Shown: positions 56,357 through 64,000 of the stretch, in pieces | How positions within the stretch are numbered: the stretch's first letter is position 1 | Layout: each line of letters starts with the position of its first letter | The notes under the pieces: model-generated | Database searches by the model: none | Told to the model about the DNA's origin: nothing | What the model saw: only the letters and a program-made list of their open reading frames with translations | Program-made: the position numbers and the translations under genes | Source of the DNA: Eledone cirrhosa | Taxonomy: Eukaryota | DNA: 64,000 bases | NCBI GenBank assembly: GCA_964016885.1 | Contig: OZ024748.1 | Coordinates: 24,924,001-24,988,000 of the forward strand | Direction of reading: 5' to 3'

Positions 56357-57405
56357 GTGGTGGCAGCGAGGGTGGTAGTGGTAGCGGTGGTGGTGGTGGT
56401 GGTATCGAAGGTCGTAATGGTAGCGGCGGTGGTGGTGATAGCGAGGGTGGTGATGGTGGTGGTAATGGTGGTGGTAGTGGCGATGGTGGTGGTAGTGGCG
56501 ATGGTGGTGGTAGTGGCGATGGTGGTGGTGATGGCGGTGGTGGCGATGACTGCGGTAGTGGTGGTGGTGGTGGTATCGAAGATCGTAATGGTAGCGGTGG
56601 TGGTGGTGATAGCGAGGGTGGTGATGGTGGTGGTAATGGTGGTGGGAGTGGCGATGGTGGTGGTGGCGATGACAGCGGTAGTGGTGGTGGTGGTGATGGT
56701 GGTGGTAATGGTGGTGGGAGTGGCGATGGTGGTGGTGATGGTGGTGGTGGCGATGACTGCGGTAGTGGTGGTAGTGGTGGTGGTAGTGGTGGTGGTGGTG
56801 GTAGTGTTGGTGGTGGTTGTTGTTGTGGTGGTGGTGGTAGTGGTGATGGTAGCTGTGGTGGCGGCGGCGTGTGGGCGATGACAGCGGTGATAGTGGTGGT
56901 GGTGGTAGTGGTGGTGGTGGTAGTGGTGATGGTATATGTGGTGGCGGCGGAGTGTGGGCGATGACAGTGGTGATAGTGGTGGTGGTGGTAGTGGTGGTGG
57001 TGGTAGTAGTGGAGATGGTGGTGGCGATGACAGCGGTAGTGGTGGTAGTGGTGGTGGTAGTGGTGGTGGTGGTGGTGGTAGTGTTGGTGGTGGTGGTTGT
57101 TGTTGTTGTGGTGGTGGTGGTGGTAGTGGTGATGGTAGCTGTGGTGGCGGCGGCGTGTGGGCGATGACAGTGGTGATAGTGGTGGTGGTGGTAGTGGTGG
57201 TGGTGGTAGTGGTGATGGTATATGTGGTGGCGGCGGCGTGTGGGCGATGACAGTGGTGATAGTGGTGGTGGTGGTAGTGGTGGTGGTGGTAGTGGTGATG
57301 GTAGCTGTGGTGGCGGCGGCGTGTGGGCGATGACAGTGGTGATAGTGGTGGTGGTGGTAGTGGTGGTGGTGGTAGTGGCGATAGTAGCGGCGGTGGTGGC
57401 GATGT
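56357..57405. repeat. (GGT)n-based cryptic repeat with internal duplications
   Basis: Recurrent blocks such as ggcggcggcgtgtgggcgatgacagtggtgatagt; low-complexity ORFs in several frames. Confidence 0.9.
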
Positions 57406-57654
57406 TGCAGGTGTCTTAGTCAAAAGGAGCTATTTGTGGTAAATATTTATCCAAACAACTTTCAAAATTGTATTTTATAGGATTAAAATAGAAAAATCAA
57501 TTAAATTTAAATCTTATTTGTATTTAATGGTTTAAAGTAATTTAAATCAGGCATTAACTCACCAGGCATATAATTATGTGTGGGTGTACGTGAGCATGAG
57601 TGTGTATGTGTGAATGCGACTGTGTGCTTGTGCATGTATGTGTTGCGAGTTTGT

Positions 57655-58195
57655 GTGTGTGTGCATAAATGTATGTGACTGCTCGAGTGTCCCTCACGGT
57701 GTATGTTGTGTGTGTGTGTGTGATTGGAAAAGTGTCCCTGTGTGTGTTGTGTGTGTGTGTGTGTGTGATTGGAAAAGTGTCCCTCACTGTGTGTGTGTGT
57801 GTGTATGCATAAATATATGTGACTGCCCGAGTGTGCCTCACTGTGTGTATGTGTGTGTGATTTGAAAAGTGTCCCTTTGTCTGTGTGTGTGATTGGAAAA
57901 GTGTCCCTGTGTGTGTGTGTGTGTGTGTGCGTGTGCGTGTGTGTGATTGGAAAAGTGTCCCTCACTGTGTGTGTGTGTATGCATAAATATATGTGACTGC
58001 CCGAGTGTGCCTCACTGTGTGTGTGTGTGTGTGTGTGTATGTGTGTGTGATTGGAAAAGTGTCCCTGTGTGTGTGTGTGTGTGTGTGTGTGCGTGCGTGT
58101 GTGTGATTGGAAAAGTGTCCCTCACTGTGTGTGTGTGTATGCATAAATATATGTGACTGCCCGAGTGTGCCTCACTGTGTGTGTGTGTGAGTGTG
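57655..58195. repeat. (TG)n-spaced compound minisatellite
   Basis: gattggaaaagtgtccct and gcataaatatatgtgactgcccgagtgtgcctcac modules recur. Confidence 0.88.
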
Positions 58196-58377
58196 ATGTT
58201 GTAAGTGCACGCCTGTACATGTGAAAGCCGTGGCTGTACAATACTTCAGAGCCAACCGTTGCTGTGCAGCAAATGATTGACTAAACTGAGGATGTACCAA
58301 TTATAAAGGACGGAGTCATATGAGGCTGAACAACTCAATAACAGGCTTAACTGTGGTTGTACAATACATGGGTTAGT

Positions 58378-59980
58378 GAGTGAAGTGTGGGTATATAATA
58401 CCTTGGGTGAAGTGTGAGTATATAACACCTTGGGTGAAGTGTGAGTATATAACGCCTTGGGTGAAGTGTGAGTATATAACGCCTTGGGTGAAGTGTGGCT
58501 ATATAATACCTGAGTTATTGGGTGAAGTGTGGGTATATAATACCTGAGTTATTGGGTGAATGTGGGTATATAATACCTTGGGTGAAGTGTGAGTATATAA
58601 CACCTTGGGTGAAGTGTGAGTATATAACCCCTTGGGTGAAGTGTGGCTATATAACACCTTGGGTGAAGTGTGAGTATATAATACCTTGGGTGAAGTGTGA
58701 GTATATAACACCTTGGGTGAAGTGTGAGTATATAACACCTTGGGTGAAGTGTGAGTATATAACCCCTTGGGTGAAGTGTGAGTATATAACCCCTTGGGTG
58801 AAGTGTGGGTATATAACCCCTTGGGTGAAGTGTGGCTATATAATATCTTGGGTGAAGTGTGAGTATATAACACCTTGGGTGAAGTGTGGGTATATAATAC
58901 CTTGGGTGAAGTGTGAGTATATAACCCCTTGGGTGAAGTGTGGGTATATAACCCCTTGGGTGAAGTGTGGCTATATAATATCTTGGGTGAAGTGTGAGTA
59001 TATAACCCCTTGGGTGAAGTGTGGGTATATAACCCCTTGGGTGAAGTGTGGCTATATAATATCTTGGGTGAAGTGTGAGTATATAACACCTTGGGTGAAG
59101 TTTGGGTATATAATACCTTGGGTGAAGTGTGAGTATATAACCCCTTGGGTGAAGTGTGAGTATATAACCCCTTGGGTGAAGTGTGGGTATATAACCCCTT
59201 GGGTGAAGTGTGGCTATATAATACCTTGGGTGAAGTGTGAGTATATAACCCCTTGGGTGAAGTTTGGATATTTAATACCTTGGGTGAAGTGTGAGTATAT
59301 AACCCCTTGGGTGAAGTGTGAGTATATAACCCCTTGGGTGAAGTGTGGGTATATAACCCCTTGGGTGAAGTGTGAGTATATAACCCCTTGGGTGAAGTGT
59401 GAGTATATAACCCCTTGGGTGAAGTGTGGGTATATAATACCTTGGGTGAAGTGTGAGTATATAACCCCTTGGGTGAAGTGTGAGTATATAACCCCTTGGG
59501 TGAAGTGTGGGTATATAACCCCTTGGGTGAAGTGTGAGTATATAACCCCTTGGGTGAAGTGTGAGTATATAACCCCTTGGGTGAAGTGTGAGTATATAAC
59601 ACCTTGGGTGAAGTGTGAGTATATAACCCCTTGGGTGAAGTGTGGGTATATAATACCTGAGTTATTGGGTGAAGTGTGGGTATATAACAATTGAGTTATT
59701 GGGTGAAGTGTGGGTATATAATACCTGAGTTATTGAGTGAAGTGTGGGTATATAATACCTGAGTTATTGGGTGAAGTGTGGGTATATAATACATGAGTTA
59801 TTGGGTGAAGTGTGGGTATATAATACATGAGTTATTGGGTGAAGTGTGGGTATATAATAGCTTGGGTGAAAGTATGGGTATATAACACCTTAGCTACTGG
59901 GTGAGGTATATAACACCTTGGGTGAAGTATGGGTATATAACAGCTGAGTTATTGGGTAAAATGTTGGTGTATAACACCTT
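58378..59980. repeat. 27-bp minisatellite with 34-bp variant units near both edges
   Basis: Unit ttgggtgaagtgtgagtatataacccc; variant carries an extra tgagtta; explains ORFs 58499 and 58522. Confidence 0.96.
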
Positions 59981-60164
59981 GAGAGAACCAACTGTAACTG
60001 TACAGCACCCGACCAACTAGGGCGGGTTTTGCTGTGAAACACCCCGGCAACTGTGTTAGTTGTTATATAATTATAAATAACTGTTTCTACTTTAGGCACA
60101 AGGCCAGCAAATTACTCAGTGCATTACTGGTACTTTATTACTGGTACTATATAATTATAAATAA

Positions 60165-60570
60165 CATTCAAACTTAGAAGTGATGAAGGTTATTCAACTT
60201 TAGATTACATGACCAACGTCTCCTTACTTTATGATATAAACTTACAATATCAAATACAAAAGCTGAATAGTATTAGCAAGCCAAAGCCACTTATATGTCT
60301 TCTACAGTTTTAGTGATAACGATAGCTAAAACCGAAGAGATTTGCTATTATTCTTTTGTGATGGATAAAATCGAAAGTACCACTAATATTCATGATCCAT
60401 TTCATCGTTTATTCGCATTATACACAAAAGCAACAACAAAAAGAGAAGAAAAAGAACGTTTTCATAATCGTTAATCAGAAGTTGTATCATTCCACTCTTT
60501 CTTTAAATCACAGAAACATGCTCATAAAATATTTCATCAATATATCAAAGCTTCGTTCTTTCTTTAGAAT
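60165..60570 (+). pseudogene. Relic H: decayed bunyavirus-N-like ORF fragment
   Basis: YMTNVSLLYDIN (about 60206-60241) and DPFHRLFALYTKAT (60394-60435). Confidence 0.45.
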
Positions 60571-60829
60571 ATTTATTAAATTGAACTTATTATCATTATT
60601 ATTATTATTATTATTATTGACGAAAGTGGATGTACGTTTTTTGAAGCTCCGTGAGTAAGCAATTTTTTGAGGATTAATTGTAGAGAATTGTTTATTTTTT
60701 GTACCGCTGAAGCATTATAAGACATTAATTTGTATCCTGTGAAGGAATAACTCATAATATTTGGGCCTTTTGGCCCAAATATTTGAACTTTATTTTGAAA
60801 AAAAACAATAATTTTTTTCTCAAAAAAAC

Positions 60830-62740
60830 ATGGCGGAGCCACGCCCCCTAGAGGCGGGTCTGCTGTCGTGCAACGGCGACTTGAGCGTTGAGAGGAGAGG
60901 TGAGGCGAGGAGCGCCACCAGCACGAATGTGAGCAGCGACAGTGCCAGCACCAACGGGCCGAGCAGCGCGGAAGGTGGTAACAGCGACAACACCAACACC
61001 AACAAGCCGAACAGCGCAGAAGGTGGTAATAGCGAGAGCACCAACAAAACGAACAGCACAGAGAGTAATAGTAGCGACAGCAACAGCACCAACAAGGCCA
61101 ACAGCACAGAGGGTAACCACGACACAGGGGAGAACAACAACAGCAATAGCAGCAGCAACACCAACAAGAACAACAACAGTGACAACACCAACAAGAACAC
61201 CTTCGCTGCTGTGGCAGCGGCTAAAAGGAGACCATGCTACAGCATCGACTTAACCAACAGAGAGGAAAAGTTGGCCCAGGCCTGGAAAATCATAAATCAA
61301 GAGCAGACCTGGGCAAACTTAACTGTCCCGGCAGAAGCCATTGAGGCAGTGGAAAAAAGAACGGTGCATTTCAGATGCATCTCAGTAGAGACAAAGAGGG
61401 CAGCGATAATCGCCCAAGCTGATATAGAAGCCGCACTGAAATACATCAGAGAGGACACAGACTTCATAGAGAGGGGCAGGCAATACGGCACCGTTTCGGT
61501 GCTGTTCAAGTCTGAAGCCCTCGCTGTGAAGCATTCAATGACCCCTTGCAAAACCAGCAAGGTTATAATGTACCCCTCCCACATGGGAAAACGAATAGCA
61601 CGTGTGCGCATTCCCAGGATTCCACCAGGACTTGATATGTGGTGGCTCCTGGGTTGCGTAATCGTGGAAGGAACGGATACAGTCCCGGTAGAGGCAACGA
61701 GAACTGCCAGGGACGACTGGTCCGGGGTTGATCTGGAGATACTGCTCCAAATCAGACCCGAAAACGTAAAAGCAATCCCGGACCACATCCGCCTCCAAAA
61801 CGGGAGGGTGTTGCATATAATGACTGAGGGCAAAAGGCCGCATTGTTTCCTTTGTGGGGAAACGACACACTTGCGAGCCTTCTGCCCTCAACTGCCGAAA
61901 AGCGCAAGGGGTCGAAAGATTCCACTGCTGGCGACGCCGGGACAAGGACCACCAGCAACACCGTCAACAATGGAACCACCAAAATTGCACACCCAGGGGG
62001 GAAACGAGGAAAGCTCTCCCATTCCCCCTCCCCCCCCAAAATACACACACGAACAAGAACATAAACACTCACTCAGACACAAACACGCTCACAGCCACAG
62101 ACCCCTCATCCTCCAGCAGTGAAGATGAGGGAAAACCAAAGTCCCCCAAAATACAAAAAACAAAACACAAAAAAAAAAGAAATCCACAAAGCACAAACAC
62201 CCCCACAAAAAAAAATACACACACCACCCACACAAACATTTTCCCCACAGCATCACCAACACAACCACCAAAATCCCCCAAACGCAAACAAGCTAAACAG
62301 ACACAAGAACAAATAGACACACAAACATCAGAAACTACAGACACCCACCCACAACAAACGCAGACACAATAGAAACAACACTAACAAAGCTATCACCACC
62401 ACAATCACACGAACAAATAAAACCCGAGCAACAAAACATTAAAAACTTCGCGCTTGCCAGAAGGGCCAACAAGGAATTGATGGCCCATGTAGCACGAAGC
62501 ACAAACATCGAAAAAGACGGGGAAACATTTGAAGCGAGCACATTTCGCGTACCAGATAATTTGCTTCTGATGCGAATGTCGCTCGCTTCATACAAAGAAA
62601 TTCGAAAGAGCTTTCCTCGGGATGTGGGAACCCCGAACGTAAAACCCACGTCAAGACTATTAAAGGGGTTCCCAAAAGAAACCCCACAAACCATGGAGGT
62701 CGAACCACCCGACCTTCACAAGACCCCGGAAGGTAAGTAA
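60830..62740 (+). CDS. L1/Tx1-clade LINE ORF1 with two apparent frameshifts (about 62030 and 62355)
   Basis: N/S-rich N-terminus, RRM-like region, CCHC knuckle CFLCGETTHLRAFCP. ORF-track pieces 60830, 61854 and 62477 are in frames 0, +1, 0. Confidence 0.85.
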
Positions 62741-62769
62741 ACCTTTCCTCTCCCATTCATCCTGCCAGC

Positions 62770-64000
62770 ATGGCCATAAGAGTAGGAAGTTTAAATGTTC
62801 GTGGCCTGGGGTCGCCCTGGAAGCAAGGTCACTTGCTCAACGACCTCAGGTCACTAGGAATGGATGTAATTGCCATCAGCGAGACCAGAATTTCCGACAC
62901 ACGCGCACTGGCGCCGATTTTCGACGATTATCAGATCTTTGCATCTGTTAGTCGGCCGGGAATGGGAGGTGGAGTGGCTGTGCTGTTTAGGAAATGTCTG
63001 GATCTCGAGGTAAGGTCAATCTTCCGGGATCCTGACGGAAAGTTGGTGGTCCTGGACGTGAGCAATAGCGAAGGTGGTGCCTTTAGACTGGTGGCCGTCT
63101 ACGCCCCTACTGGGGCCGGTCGGCCGGACTTCTTTAGGCGCCTGGAAAACTTTCTGCTTACGTCTCGCCCTTTACTGTTAATAGGGGATTGGAATGGCAT
63201 CTTAGAAGCACGCTGGGATTGTGTGGGAGTATCTGATAGGAGCGGGGGGTACAAAAGCCTCAAGTACCTGATCAGCCAGTTTCAACTGTCTGACAGGTAC
63301 CGACTAGATTTCCCTAATGCGCCAGTATGGACCTGGACCAATCGCATAGGGTCATCTAGATCGTACATAGATAGGATTTTCATTAGGAAAAGAGATAGAA
63401 ATAGTGTAGGATGTCCACATTTTAAAACGGTTGCCTATTCAGATCACAAGCTTGTGATCTGTATGGTCGACCTAGATAAGACACGTAGGTTAGGACCTAG
63501 CTACTGGAAGCTAAACATGTCGTTTCCGGCACGTAAAGCTTACAGGGACCGGGTCAACAACTTAGTTAAGCAAAAGTTGACAGGGGGGGTTGTCAACAAC
63601 AGGTGGTGGGGGGCACTTAAAAGAGAGATTAGAGCAACCTCGATAGGATTTAGCAAAGAAGTAGCAATAGAGAAAAATAGAAAGGAGGAGGGGCTGATAG
63701 CTAAGTTAGACGAGGCTATTTGTAGTGGCATTGTAACAGACGTGCTAGCGGCGAGAATGGCACTAGACCATTTCTTCAATGCGAAACACGAAGGTTGCAT
63801 TGTCAGAGCTAAGGCGCGTGCTCTGAGGAACGAGGGAACCAAAGCTGCCCGATGGGCTCGCTTTGCAGAGACGCAGCGTGGAAATAAAACCACAATTCGG
63901 TCTTTGACGGATCGAGATGGACACGAACTGAGCGATTCCAAGCAGATGTGTGAGGCCTTTCGCCAGCACTTTGCTCGATTGTTCGGGAGGATGGGTGAGT
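62770..64000 (+). CDS. L1/Tx1-clade LINE ORF2 (APE endonuclease), open to the window end
   Basis: MAIRVGSLNVRGL...ISETR...GVAVLF...VYAP...IGDWN...WTW...IDRIF...SDHKLV...WKLN; no stop in 410 codons translated by hand. Confidence 0.95.
   Translation, partial: MAIRVGSLNVRGLGSPWKQGHLLNDLRSLGMDVIAISETRISDTRALAPIFDDYQIFASVSRPGMGGGVAVLFRKCLDLEVRSIFRDPDGKLVVLDVSNSEGGAFRLVAVYAPTGAGRPDFFRRLENFLLTSRPLLLIGDWNGILEARWDCVGVSDRSGGYKSLKYLISQFQLSDRYRLDFPNAPVWTWTNRIGSSRSYIDRIFIRKRDRNSVGCPHFKTVAYSDHKLVICMVDLDKTRRLGPSYWKLNMSFPARKAYRDRVNNLVKQKLTGGVVNNRWWGALKREIRATSIGFSKEVAIEKNRKEEGLIAKLDEAICSGIVTDVLAARMALDHFFNAKHEGCIVRAKARALRNEGTKAARWARFAETQRGNKTTIRSLTDRDGHELSDSKQMCEAFRQHFARLFGRMGE

Noticed and set aside
56311-57423. 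Gly-rich or Thr/Pro/His-rich protein gene
   Set aside because: Open in several frames on both strands because of (GGT)n, the frame switches between blocks, and there are no convincing splice sites.
60015-60062. Degenerate Helitron 3' end after the 27-bp array
   Set aside because: Hairpin is poor and the terminus is TTAG rather than CTAG.

Overview
Eukaryotic, AT-rich, microsatellite-saturated DNA with no CRISPR, operons or rRNA. The SINE set and (TA)n/(CA)n/(CATA)n density suggest an octopod cephalopod, but this is inferred by eye. Nearly all ORF-track entries are repeat artefacts. Recognisable mobile DNA: a decayed Helitron with 29 x 74-bp tandem copies amplified inside its helicase; a Penelope-like element; about a dozen type I hammerhead ribozyme motifs; two R4/Dong-like families and a non-autonomous RTE derivative living in (CATA)n; hAT relics; tRNA-derived SINEs; and a near-intact L1/Tx1 LINE running off the right edge. 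One plausible host signal-peptide exon lies at 55717-55788. Main finding: about eight scattered 'unique' segments translate by hand, through stops and frameshifts, into mutually homologous but highly diverged relics of one protein. Their motif order resembles phlebo/tenuivirus (Bunyavirales) nucleoprotein, so this is a candidate cluster of endogenous RNA-virus N elements. That assignment is by-eye and needs profile searches.
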